A DNA stretch of 64,000 nucleotides from the human T2T-CHM13v2.0 reference genome, Homo sapiens. Position numbers and translations under genes: made by a program. This document shows, in pieces, positions 16,530 to 30,059 of this stretch. The number at the start of each line of letters is the position of its first letter. Positions within the stretch are counted from its first letter, which is position 1. Where the stretch lies: the NCBI RefSeq assembly GCF_009914755.1, contig NC_060939.1, one strand, 5' to 3'. The notes beneath the pieces were generated by a model. The model did no database searches and was not told the origin of the DNA. It saw only the letters and a program-made list of their open reading frames with translations.

Positions 16530-17935
16530 TTCTTTTCCTGTTATTACATATAGCATATTTTGCTTATCCATTGATCTATTGATGGACACTTTGTTGCTTT
16601 CACATTTTAGCAATCATGAATAATGCTGCTGTGAACATGGGTGTATTAATATCTCTTCAAGATTTCAAGACTCTGCTTTTAATTCATTTGAGTATATACC
16701 TAGCTATAGGAATCGTTGGATCATAAGATAATTCTATTTTTAGTTTTTTAAGGAACCACCACACTGTTTTCCACAAAAGGTGTACCATTTTGAAACCACT
16801 TTTATAAAAATGACAGTGAGAAAAATCTGACATAGAAAAATTATGACAATGAAAAAAATCTGACCTAACTGATTCCATCTCGCTTTTAAACTCTAAGCTG
16901 CCCTTGTTCATTCCTAGGCATAGGACGAGCTAACTATGGGAGGTATTTAGTTTATAGTTTAACTGAAACAGAGATGAAAACAGCCCTAAAACAAACAAAT
17001 TAGCCACAAGATTAGGAATTATGACTCAGGAATCATGAAGCCAGAGGCCACAAGATTCCTAACCTCCCCAGTTGCTCCTAGGATAACCTCATTATTGTAA
17101 AACCTAAGACTGCTGCTGCTCAAGATACTTTTTAGACCCTGCATTCTGATGGACAAGCTTGTGCCACTAAAACCAATAAACTGGCTCAACTAGTTTTGTG
17201 ATCCCACCCAAAAACTAATGACAGCAGTAAGAACCCACTTCAATCCCCTATGATTTCATTGCCAACCCAACCAAACACTATTCTTTATCTCCTAGGCCCC
17301 TTTGCACCAAACTATCCTTAAAAAACCCTGGCCTCTGAATTTCTGGAAAGACTGACTTGAATAATAAACTCTGGTCTTCTGCTTAGCTATCTTTGCATTT
17401 ATTAAACTCTTTCTCTATCACAATTCCACTGTTGGTAAATTGGCTCTAGCTGGGCAGAGGGCAAAAAGAACCTGTCGGACCATTACAATTTTACATTCCC
17501 ACCAATAGTGCACATATTTCAATTTCCCCAAATTCTCACCAATACTTGTTATTTTTTGGTTATGTTTTTAAATATTTTCTCTGCTAATGTGTGTGAGATA
17601 GTACCAGGTGATTTTGATTTGGACTTCCCCAATGATTAGTGATGTTGAGCAAGTTTTTCTGTGCTTGTTGGACATTTGTATATTTTCTTTGGAGAAATGT
17701 CTATTCAAGTCCTTTGCCCATTTTGAATCAGGTTGTTTTTGTTGTTGTTGAGTTGTAGGAGTTCATTATATATTCTAGGTATTAATCCTTTATTAGATAT
17801 ATGATTTTCAAGTACTTTCTCCCATTCTTGTTGCCTTTTTATTCTGTTGATACTGTCTTCTGATGCAAAAAATGTTAAATTTTGATGTAGTTCAATTTGC
17901 CTTTATATTTCCTTTTTTGCCTGTGCCTGTGGTAT
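16530..17935 (-). mobile_element. Old L1M (MA/MB) ORF2 3' fragment, interrupted by an LTR8-family LTR
   Basis: LWKTVWWFLKKLKIELSYDPTIP in the track; host sequence rejoins across the LTR. Confidence 0.8.
16791..17487 (+). mobile_element. LTR8-family solo LTR (ERV1)
   Basis: tgaaaccac...cattaca termini; 4-bp TSD attt; AATAAA near 17362. Confidence 0.8.
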
Positions 17936-17939
17936 CACT

Positions 17940-18940
17940 CACTGACTGATTTTTGGTAAGGATACCAAGACGATTTAATGAGAAAAGAATAGTGTCTCCA
18001 ACAAAATATGATGGGACAATAGGATATTGGATCAATGACATAAATATAATATCTAAGACTTTTAAACTATTAGGAGAAAACATAGCAATAAATATTCAGT
18101 GCCTTGGATTTGGCAGTATATTCTTAGATATGACATTGAAAACACAAGCAAAAAAGAAAAAATAAGTTGGAATTTATCAAAATTAAAATTTTTTTGTGCA
18201 TCACAGGACATTATCATAAAGTGAAAAAGCCATCTACAAAGTGGGAGATAATATTTGCAAATCTTACATCTGACAAGAGACTAGGATCCAGGATACGTAA
18301 AAGTGCTTACAACTTAACAACAAAAAGGATAAACAATCCAACCTTTTAAATGGCAAAATATTTAAATAGATATTTATTCAAAGAAGATATAGAAATGATA
18401 AACAACAACATAAAAAGATGTCCATCATTAGGAAAATGTGAATCAAAACCACAATGAGGTTCCACATCATGTCCTCTATAATGGCCATAATAATAAGGAA
18501 TATGACCAATGCTGGTAAGGATGTAGAGGAATTAGAAACCTTGCCCATTGCTGATGGTAAAGTAAAATGATCTGGTCACTGTGGAAAATAGTTTGGTGGT
18601 GGTTCCTTAACAAATCAAGTATGGAATTACCATACTACTCCACAATTTCAATACGAAGTGTATTTAACTCAGAGTATTTGAAACAGTAATCAAAAATGTA
18701 ATCTAAAGAGTACACTTACACTCATGCTCGTAGCAGCACTATTCACAACAGCAAAAGGTGGAAACAACCCAAGTGTCCATCAACAAACAAGTAGATAAAT
18801 AAAAAAATGGTATACACACAACAGAATATTATTCAGCCATAAAAAGGAGGAAGTACTGATACATGCTATAAAGTAGGTGAATCTTGAGAATCTTACGTTA
18901 TGTAAAAGAAGCCAGACACGAAACATCTGACAAACCAGGA
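17940..18940 (+). mobile_element. Old L1M ORF2 3' fragment; its 3' UTR appears to resume at about 26300-26545
   Basis: Degenerate ORF2 C-terminal motifs (FKLLGENI, KWEIIFAN). Confidence 0.75.
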
Positions 18941-18944
18941 TTAT

Positions 18945-19107
<163 letters not shown>

Positions 19108-19109
19108 CC

Positions 19110-22100
19110 CCAGGAAAGGCAGAGAAAGATGGCCAAATAGAGCCCTCCAACAATTGTTCTACCACAGGAACACTAAATTGAACACTATCGATGCAAAAAT
19201 GTGCTTTCACAGAAACCAAAAAATAAAGAGAGAAGCAGAGAAAGATGGTGGAACAGAAAGCTTTACTGATTGTCCCTCCTGCAAGGACACCGATTTAACA
19301 TCTACACACAGGCATTAAAAAAAAAAAAAAAACTTTATAAGAACCAAAAAATCAGGTGAACACTCACAGTACCTGTTTTTAATTTCCTATCACCAAGAGG
19401 TGCTGAAGAGGTAGAAAAAACAGTCTTGAATCGCTGACACCCCCACCCCCTTGCAGTGGCAGTGGTGTGCTGTGTAGAGCTTCTCTGGGTGCTTGGGAAG
19501 GGAGAGCTCACCACTTGTGAGGCAATAAACTCACTGCTGTACTGTTAGAGCAGAAAGAAAAATTTGACCAAACTCAGCTGATGCCTGCCCACATAGGGAA
19601 CATTTAAACCAGCCCTAGCCAAGGAGGAATTGCTGATCCCAGTGGTCAGAATTTGAGTTCCTGCAAACCTTGCCACCATGGGCTAAAGTGCTATGGGTCT
19701 CTAAGTATACTTGAAAGGCAGTCTAGGCCATAAGGACTGCAACTCTCAGGCAAGTCCTAGGGCTGAACTGGGCCCAGAGACAGTGGACGTGGGGGACATA
19801 CAACCTACTGAAACACCAGCTGCAGGGGCTAAGTGAGTGCTGACATCACCTCTTCCCTAACCCCAGGCTGCACAGTTCATGGCTCCAAAAGATATCCCTT
19901 CCTTTGGCTTGAAGAGAAGAGAGGGAAGAGCGGGGAGAATTTTGTCTTGCATCTTAGATACCAGCTGACCAACAGTAGGATAGGGCACCAGTTAGAGTGG
20001 TGAGGCCCTCATTCCAGGCCCTAGCTCCCAGATGACATTTCTAGACACACCCTGTGACAGAAGGGAAACCATTGCTTTGAAGAGAAGGACCCAGTCCTAG
20101 CAGTATTAATCGCCTACTAACTGAAGAGCCCTTAGGCCCTGATTAACCAGCAGAGATACCTTGAGTGAGCCCTTGAAACTTGCTGGCTTCAGGTACCAGC
20201 TTGGCCACAGGGGCACAGAGCACCAAGCAAGTTCTAGGACTTGACTCTTGTACAGCATCTCTGGACCTTCCCTGAGCTAGAGGGGAGCCTATTGCCCTGA
20301 AGAGTGAGTCCCAGGCCAGACAGCATTCACCACAATCTGACTTAAGAGCCCTTGGGCCTTAAGGAAACATCAGCAGTAGTCTAGCAGTACTCCCTGCAAC
20401 CTGTGGTGGTGGTGGCCATGAAGTGAGGCTCCTCTGTTGTTTTAGTCTGTTCTTGCATTGCTGTAAAGAAATGCCTGAGATTGGGTAATTTATAAAGAGA
20501 AGAGGTTTAATTGGCTTATAGTTCCACAGGCTCTACAAGAAACATGGCTGTGGAAGCCTCAGGAAACTTTCGATTATGGCAGAAGGCAAAGGGGAAGCAG
20601 GCACATCTTACATGGCTGCAGCAGGAGGAAGAGAGTGAGGTGGGAGGTGCCACATTCTTTTAAACAACCAGATTTTGCAATAAGTCACTCACTATCACAA
20701 GAATAGCACCAAAGGGGAAATCCACCCCCATGATCCAATCACCTCCCACCAGGCCCCATCTCTAACATTGGGGATTACAGTTTGATATGAGATTTAGGCA
20801 GGGACATAGACCCAAACCATATCATCTGCCTTTGTAAAAGGGAAGGAAGAGTGAGAAGGACTGCTTCTTGTGGTTTGAGAGGCAGCTCAGCTGCAGTGCA
20901 GTAGAAGACCAGGTAGACTTCTAAGGATTTTTACTCTAGTCCCTGACTCCTGGACTGCACTGCGTGACCCACCTGGGGTCTGGGGGAACTTGCCACTCTG
21001 AAGGAAAGGACACCGCCAGGCTGGCTTTGCTACCTGCTGATTGTAGAGCCCCAGGGCCTTGAGAAAACATAGACAGTAGTCAGGGAGTGGTTACAGCAGG
21101 GCTTGGGCAAGGCCTAGTCCTGTGCTGGCTTCAAGTCTGACCTAGTGCATCATAGTGGTAATGGTCACAGGGTGTTTTTGTCACTCCACCCAGGTTTAGG
21201 TGGCTCAGAACAGAGAGAGACTCCATTTGTTTGGGAGAAAGTAAGGGAAGGGAAAAAGAGTCTATCTGGTAATCCAGAAAATCTTGTCCAAACCATCAAG
21301 GTGGGAACCCTATGAGTCTGCAAGAACCGCAGTGTTGCTGGACTTGGGGTGTCCCCTAAAGCAGATATAGCCTAGATCACAACATCCAAGTCCTTTCAAA
21401 TATCTGGAAAGCCTTCCCAAGAAGGACAGGTATAAACAAGCCCAGACAGTGAAGACTACAATAAATACCGAACTCTTCAATGCCAAGACACTGAAGAACA
21501 TCTACCAGCATCAACACCATCCATGAAAACATGACCTCACCAAATGAACTAAATAAGGTACCAGGGATCAATCCTGGGGAAACAGAGTAACCTTTCAGAC
21601 AAAGAATTCAAAATAGCTGTGTTGAGGAAACTCAAAGATATTCAAGATAACACAAAGAAGGAATTCAGAATTCTATCAGATAAATTTAACAAACAGATTG
21701 AAATAAAAAGAATCAAGCAGAAATTCTGGAGCTGAGAAATGCAATTGGCACAGTGAAGAATGCATCAGTGTCTTCAATTCATCTAGCAGTATGCTTCTTA
21801 GCGAAAACCTTACAGGCAAGGAAGAAGTGGCATGACATATTGAAGTACTGAAGGAAAAAAAAAAACTTTCTACCTAGAATATGTTCAGCAAAATTATCAT
21901 TCAAACATGAAGAAGAAATAAAGACTTTCCGAAACAAAAAAGAGCTGAGGGATTTTTGTCAACACCAGACCTGTTTTACAAGACACGATAAAAGGAGTTC
22001 TTCAATCTGAAAAAGAAAAAAAAGGATGTTAATGAGCAACAAGAAATCACCTGAAGGTTAAAAGGCACTGGTAATAGTTAATACACAGACAAATACGGAA

Positions 22101-25100
22101 TACCCTGACACTGTAATTGCAGTGTGTAAACCACTTATCTTCAGTAGGAAAACATAAAGAGAAATCTATCAAAAATAATAACTACAGAAACTTTTTAAGA
22201 GATAGACAATATAAAAAGATACAGAGACAACAAAAAGACAAAAAGCAAAAGAACTGAAGTTACAAGTGTAAAGTTTTTTAGTTTTCTTTTTGTTTGTATT
22301 TTTGTGTTTTCTTTCTAATCAGAGTTAAGTTGTCATCAGTTTAAAGTAATTGGTTAAAGATGTTATTTGCAAGCCTCATAATAATGACAAAACAAAAACT
22401 TACGATAGATACACAAAAAATTAAAAGCAAGAAATTAAAACATATTACCAGAGAAAATCACTTTTACACAAAGGAAGACAGGAAGGAAGGAAGAAAGGGA
22501 GGACCAACAAAACAACCATAAATCATGTAACAAAATGGCAAGAGTAAGTCCTTAACTACCAATAATAACAATGAATAAATGTAAATGAACTAAATCCTCC
22601 AATCAAAGGACACAGAGTGGCTGAATAAATCAAAAAAAAACACCCAACCATAAGCTGCCTATAAGAAACTTGCTTCACCTATAAAGATACATATAGGCTG
22701 AAAATAAATTGGTGGAAAGAGGTATTCCATGCAAATGGAAGCAAAAAAGACCAGGAGTAGCTATACTTATATCAGATAAAATAAACTAAAATTAAAGAGG
22801 TAAAAAGAGACAAAGAAAGTCACTATATAAAGGGGTCAATTCAACAAGAAGATATAACAATTATAAATATATATGCACCCAACACTGGAGCACCAAGATA
22901 TACAAAGTAAATATTACAGTTAAAAAACAGACCCCCAATACAACAATAGCAGGAGACTTCAAGATCTCACTTTAAGTATTGCACAGATCTTCTAGACAAA
23001 AAATCAACAAAGAAACATCAGATATAACCTGCACTTTAGACCAAATGGACCTAATAGAAATTTGCAGAACCTTTCACTCAACTGCTGCAGAATACAAATT
23101 CTTTTCAAACATGAATAGACCACGTTAGGCCATAAAAAAAAGTCTTAGAAAACTCAAAATAAGTGAAATTATATCAAATATCTTTTCTAATCACAACGGA
23201 ATAAAACCAGAAACCAATAACAAAAGGAACTTTAGACACTGTACAAACACATGGAAATTAAACAATATGCTCATAAATGACCATTGGGTCAATGGAGAAA
23301 TTATGAAAGAAAATGTAAAAATTTGTGAAACAAATGAGAATGGAAAAACAACATACCAAAACCTATGGGATACAGCAAAAGTTAGTACTGAGGGAAGTTT
23401 ATAACAATAAATGCCCAAATCAAAAAAGTAGAAAGACTTCAAAAATCTAACAATGCATCTTAAAGAACTAGAAAACAAGAGGAAACCAAACCCAACACTA
23501 ATAGAAGGAAATAAATAATAAAGATCAAAGCAAAAATAAATACAGTTGAGACAGAAAGTCAGCAAAACAAAAAGTTGGGTTTTTTTGGAAAGATAAACAA
23601 AATTGACAAACCTTTAACCAAACTAAGAAAAAAAAAAAGGTGAGATGATCCAAATAAATGAAATCAGGTTTGAGAAAGGAGACATGACAACTGGATACCA
23701 CAGAAGTTCAAAGGATTATTAGAGTCTATTTTGAGCAACTATATGCCAATAAATAGGAAAACCTAGAAGAAATGGATACATTTCTAAACACATACAACCT
23801 ATAAAGACTGAACCATGAAGAAATCCAAAACCTGAATAGGCCAATAATAAATAACAAGATAGAAGACATAATTTTTTAAAAATCTCATGAAAGAAAAGCC
23901 CAGGACCTGATAGCTCCACTGCTTAATTATACAAAACATTTAAAGAGGAGTTAATAACAATTCTACCCAAATTCTTAAAAAATATAAAAAACCAAAAAAG
24001 AAGGAATACTTCCAAGCTCATTCTATGAGGCAAACCTCACCCTGATACTAAAACCAGACAAAGAAAACTGTAGGCCAGTATCACTGATCAATGTAGATGC
24101 AAAAATACTCAACAAAATACTAGCAAACCAAATTTAACAACACATTAAAACAATCATTCAGTGTAATCAATGAGATTCATTCCAGAAATGCGACAACAGT
24201 TTAAAATAGACAAATAACTATAATACATCACATCAAAAGAATAAAGGACAAAACCCACATGATCATTTCAATACATTCCAAAAAAAGCCTTTGATAAAAT
24301 TTAATATTACTTCATGATAAAAACAACCTGAGTACAGAAGTAACATACCTCAGCATGATAAAGCCATATACTAAAAATCCACAGCTAGTATACTAAAAAG
24401 GAATAACTGAAAGCTTTTCCTCTAAGATCTGGAACAAGACAAGGATGCCTACTTTCATCACTTTTGTTCAACATAGTACTAGAAGCCCTAGCCAGAGCAA
24501 TCAATCAGAGAAAGAAATAAAGGGTATGTAAATTGTAAAGGAAGATGACAAATTAGCCCTGTTTGCAGATGACATCTTAAAAAAGCTTGAAGTCTCCACC
24601 AAAGAAAAAAAAATCTGTTAGAACTGATAAATTCAGTAAAGTTGCAGTATGCAAAATCAACATAGATATATCAGTCGCATTTCTATTTGCCAGCAGCAAA
24701 CAATCTGAAAAAGCAACCAAGAGAGTGATCCCATTTACAATAACTACAAAAAAGTAAAATACCTAGGAATAAACTTAAAGAAATGAAAGACCTCTACAAT
24801 TAAAACTATAAAACATTGCTGTAAGAAATTGAAGAGGACAATGAAAAAATGGAAAGATAATCCATGTTTGTGGGTTGAAAGAAACAGTATTGTTTAAATG
24901 TCCAAACTGCCTAAAGCAATTTACATATTCAATGAAATCTCTATCAAAATACCAATGTCATTCTTCACAAAAATAGAAAAAAATAATCCTACAATATATA
25001 TGGATCCACCAAAGACCCCAAGTAGCCAAAGCAATCCCGATCAAAAAGAACAAAGCTGGAAGCATCGCACTACCTTATCTCAAATATACTAGAGACAAGC

Positions 25101-26300
25101 AAGGCAAAAATGGACAAATGGGATCACATCAAGCTAACAAGCTTCTGGACAACAAAGATAATAATCAGCAAAGTAAAGAGACAACCTCCAGAGTGGGAGA
25201 AAGTATTTGCAAACTACCCGTCTAACAAGGAAATATATAAGGAGCTCAAACAACTCAATAGCAAAACCCCCCGAATAATATGATTAAAATGGGTAAAAGG
25301 TCTGACATTTCTCAAAAGAAGACATAAAAATGGCCAATAAGTTTATGAAAAAATGCTCAGCATCACTAATCAGAGAAATGTAAATCAAAACCACAAGGAG
25401 CTACCATCTCACCATAGTTAGAATGGCTTTTATCAAAAACACAGGGAATAATCAATGCTAACGAGGATGTGGAAAAAGGGGAACACCTGTACATTGTTGG
25501 TGGGACTGTAAATTAGTACCGCCACTATAGAAAACTGTATGAAGCTTCCTCAGAAAACTAAAAATAGAACTATCAGATGTTCTGGCAATTCCACTACTGA
25601 GTGTATATCCAAAAGAAAGGAAATCAATAAATCAAATAGATATCTGCACTCCCATGATTACTGCAGCACTATTCACAATAGCCAAAATATGGAATCAACC
25701 GAAGTGCCTATCAGTGGATGAATACTTAAAGAAAATGTAGTATATATACACAATGGAATATTATCCAGCCTTAAAATAAAATGAAATCCTGTCATTTGCA
25801 GCAACATAGATGGAACTGAAGGTTATTATGTTAAGTGTAATAAGCCAAGCACAGAAACACAAATAGCACATGTTCTCCTTCGTATGTGAGAGCTAAAAAA
25901 GATGTCATGACGTAGATTGGTTACCAGAGGCCAGAAAGATGTGGGGGAATGAAAATAGGTTGAATAATGGGTACAAACATACAGTATGATACAGGAAATA
26001 AGACCTAGTGTTGATAGATCAGTAGGGTGACTATACTAGGGATGGTTAATTGGTCCAAAAATACAGTTAGACAGAAGGAATAAGATTTGTAGGGCAACTA
26101 TAATTAACAATAATTTATTGTATGTTTCAAAATAACTAAAAGTGGAATTGGAATGTTACTAACCAAAAGAAATAAATGCTTGAGGTATTGGATAAATCAA
26201 TTACCCTGATTTGATAATTACACATTGTATGTCTATATCAAAAAATCACATGTACCTCATAAATATGTACAACTATCATATATTTATAATTAAAAATGTG
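19110..26300 (+). mobile_element. Near full-length degenerate L1MA element with internal deletions (near 21770 and 25090)
   Basis: 5' aagatgg starts; ORF1 remnant at about 21450-22030; ORF2 remnant at about 22530-25880; L1MA-type 3' UTR. Confidence 0.85.
20438..20824. mobile_element. MST-family MaLR solo LTR
   Basis: tgttttagtc...ccaaaccatatca; TSD tctgt/tctgc. Confidence 0.88.
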
Positions 26301-27074
26301 TTTATAATAAAATATCCAGAATAGATAAATCTGTAGAGACAGAATGCATATTGGTGGTTTGCAGGAACTGGGGCGAGTGGACAGTGTGGAAAAACTGCTT
26401 CATTGGTAAGAGGGTTTTACTTTGGAGTATTGGAGATGCCATAGAGGAAGCAGTTGAACAACATGTGAGTAGAATCAATTCCACTGAATTCTTCACTTGA
26501 AAATAATTAATTTTATGTAATTTCACCTCAATGATTTTTTTTTTAAAGAATATTCCACGTGGCTCGTGGAATTGCCAGCGAGGCTGGCGAACCGGGCACG
26601 GAAAACTGACAGGAAAAAGGGGAGTTCAGCCAGCCAGAATTACATAGAATTCATGCTACAGAATCAGTCTGGAGGGACACTGCTGCTCTGAGACTGAGGA
26701 CATATTCCACAGATTGCAGGGAAGCATTCCCTATTCAATTGCAGATGGTGGCACAGGCAGTGTTACTCCCTGGAAGAAGAATGCTGTGCCACTGTCAAAA
26801 ATTTAATTCTTCATTGTACCTGCATCTTGGGTTTATTATCTCAGACTCCTTAGCAGGCACATCTGACTTGCTGACTCTAATTCAATTGCCAATATCCTAG
26901 CTCAAAGGGGGTTGGGAAGGTAAAGCATTTGACTTTTTCTGCTCATATAGTGAGAAGCTTAACCGATTCACAGGGCAAAAAAAAATTCCTCAACAAAGAA
27001 ATGGTTCAGATGTTGAATAGGCTTTTCTCCAGATGGTAAATGTCTACCGTATATTTGACCTTTTTTTTTTTTTT

Positions 27075-27460
27075 TTTTTTGGAGGTTCCAGCTAATGAAA
27101 TAAAAAAACTAAAATACTCAATATAAATATTGAAAAAGGGGGAAATTATCTCCATTTGCAGATGACATGCTTGGAAAACTCAGTGAAGAACTCCAAGAAC
27201 TACTGACAAAATGTATCAAAATGGCTGAATACTGGATGAATATACAAATACCAATAGGTTTTATGACTCATTGGAAATGGATATTGGAAAAACTTCCATT
27301 ACCATAGGATTAAAAAGTAGTAAATAACTAAGAAAACATTTAACAAAATTTTAGGACCATATGATAATTCTAAAGTCTTATCTAAGGACATAAAACAAAT
27401 CTTGAACAAATAGACATACCATATCTATCAATGGGAACAGTTAACATAATTTAATGTTTT
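27075..27460 (+). mobile_element. Ancient L1 ORF2 fragment
   Basis: tttgcagatgacatg (FADDM) motif. Confidence 0.65.
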
Positions 27461-28021
27461 CATTGGATTAATATATGATTTCAGGCTCACTCATACATTT
27501 TAGTGATCAACTATTTTAACTAATTTTATTCAATTGGTTTTAGATTCCTTGTCATAATCAAGTTATATTTTTAGCCACTGTTTGTTTTATGTATCAGTGA
27601 AGTCTTAAAATATATGACATGTCTTCCCTAATAGGTAAGCAAAATTTTTCCAAATTTAGACTTTGGTTTCAACTGCCTGTGAAAGAACATTCATCTCGGA
27701 CCCCAGCATTAGATGTTTTTGAGTTAACCTATCTAAGGCTTACTTTCTTCATCCCTAAATCATTACAATAGTTTTTCCAAACAAAATTGAGAGATAATAC
27801 ACACAAAATTCTTAGTATAGTTCTTGGTACATAATAAATAGGTTGTGAATATTATATGAGTCTTCTGTCTTCTAATATCTGACAAAATATTTTTTTGGAA
27901 TCCTCCAAAACAAACAATAATTTGTTTATTGAATGACTAAATGAATTAAATATTAGGTACATAACATACTATGAAGTAAAGACAGTGGGATAAGTTCCAA
28001 AATTGCCCTGTGCGAAGAACA

Positions 28022-28325
<304 letters not shown>

Positions 28326-29192
28326 AATTTTTAAAAACTCTTTTTAAAATGAAGGATTAGGTTACATGAGAAAAATTGTTATGACTAATACTCTAGTCAT
28401 CAGATGATTATTTCAGCAATTATATATAAAAGCCATAGAAGAATTTGATTGAGGCACATTAACATCTGTCTGTTGGATTCTATTACTGAATTTGAAATAC
28501 TAACTTAAAAAATGTATATTCATAGTTTTTATTGACCTAAACTGGCCACATTTAAACTGCTGATGGTTCCTATATTTATCAGATAAAGGATGGAAAAACA
28601 TCTCACTGTGAAATGTGTCATCCTCCAGGAGTTTCATCAATTGTTTTGCCCACCAGCTACAATAAAGCTAACGCATTTACTAATGTAAAATAGCACACTG
28701 GTTTTGTTGAGGTTTATTTACTATTCTAATGATTATTTCAGTGGAGCCAGGGCTCTAAATGACAGCCACATGGATAATTGCATTGTAATGTGTTTTCTTT
28801 TCAATTTAATCAGGTTTAATTTTGTATCTAATAGAACTAGTGCCTTTAAAATGTTGTGGTTGGTATAATATGAATGAAAAATGCATAATTTATTTGTAAA
28901 ATGTTTGAACATCTTAGTTCTAGTACCATCTACTGTGTTCTTTTCAAAGTACTGCTTAATAGCAATAAGAACAAGTCATTGCTCATTTTATAAATTGTTT
29001 CATATTTGAGAATTTGTATTCTAGATTTATTATAAATTCTACTAACTAGGAAAGGTAAGATTGTTAGCTCTCTTTTCTGTAAACCTTGAGCTTTGTGATT
29101 GCTATCCTTTTGAAATGGAACTTGATACCTACAAGGGCCACTTACTGAAACTTTTGCTGTCACAGATTTGTCAATTTAAATCTAAAGCACTG

Positions 29193-29605
29193 TGTAGTAG
29201 GCTGTTTTCATTGCTGTAAAGGAATACCTAAGAGGGGGTAATTTATAAAGAAAAGTTTATTTTGACTCATGATTCTGTAGGCTGTACAGGAAGTGTGGTG
29301 CTGGTGGCTGTTTCTGTTGAAGGCCTCACGAAGCTTACAATCATGCTGGAAGGTAAAGAGCGAGGTGTATTACATGACCAGAAAGAACAGGAAAGAGAAG
29401 AGGGAGGTCTTAGATTCTTTTAAACAGCCAGATTCCATGTGAACTAACAGAGTAAGAATGCACTCATTACCACGGGGGAGGACATCAAGCCCTTCATGAG
29501 AAATTCTCCCCCATGACCCAAACACCTCCTACTAGGACCCACCTTTAACATTGGGGATCACAATTCAACATGATATTTGGAGGGACAAACATCCAAACTA
29601 TATCA
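29193..29605. mobile_element. MST-family MaLR solo LTR
   Basis: TG...CA termini; perfect 5-bp TSD cactg. Confidence 0.9.
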
Positions 29606-30059
29606 CACTGTCACTTGCCTCTTTATTCTCTTCATGGTATATTTTGATAACTGGATCTTATAATATAGTAAAATTTATCAATTTTCTTTTATATATAATT
29701 TCTTATATATAATCGATAATTTATCAATTATATATAAAATTGATAATTTATCAGTTATCAATTATGGTTAATACTTTTTGTATTCTGTTCAAGAAACTTT
29801 TCTATATTTCAAAGTCATAAAGACATTCTTTTTATATTATCTGTCAAAGTTTTATTATTTAGTTTTTCACACGTAGATTTATAATCCACCCTGAATTGTT
29901 TTCATGATGATGTGAGGTAGGGTAAAGTTTATGTTTTTTCATCTGAATAGACTTTTCTTTCCTCTCTAAACTGCAGTACCACCTTTTACTAAATCCAGGT
30001 TCATCCATCTATGCATGTTTTTGCTCTGGGCTTCCTATTCTAATTCAATGGTCTGTTTA

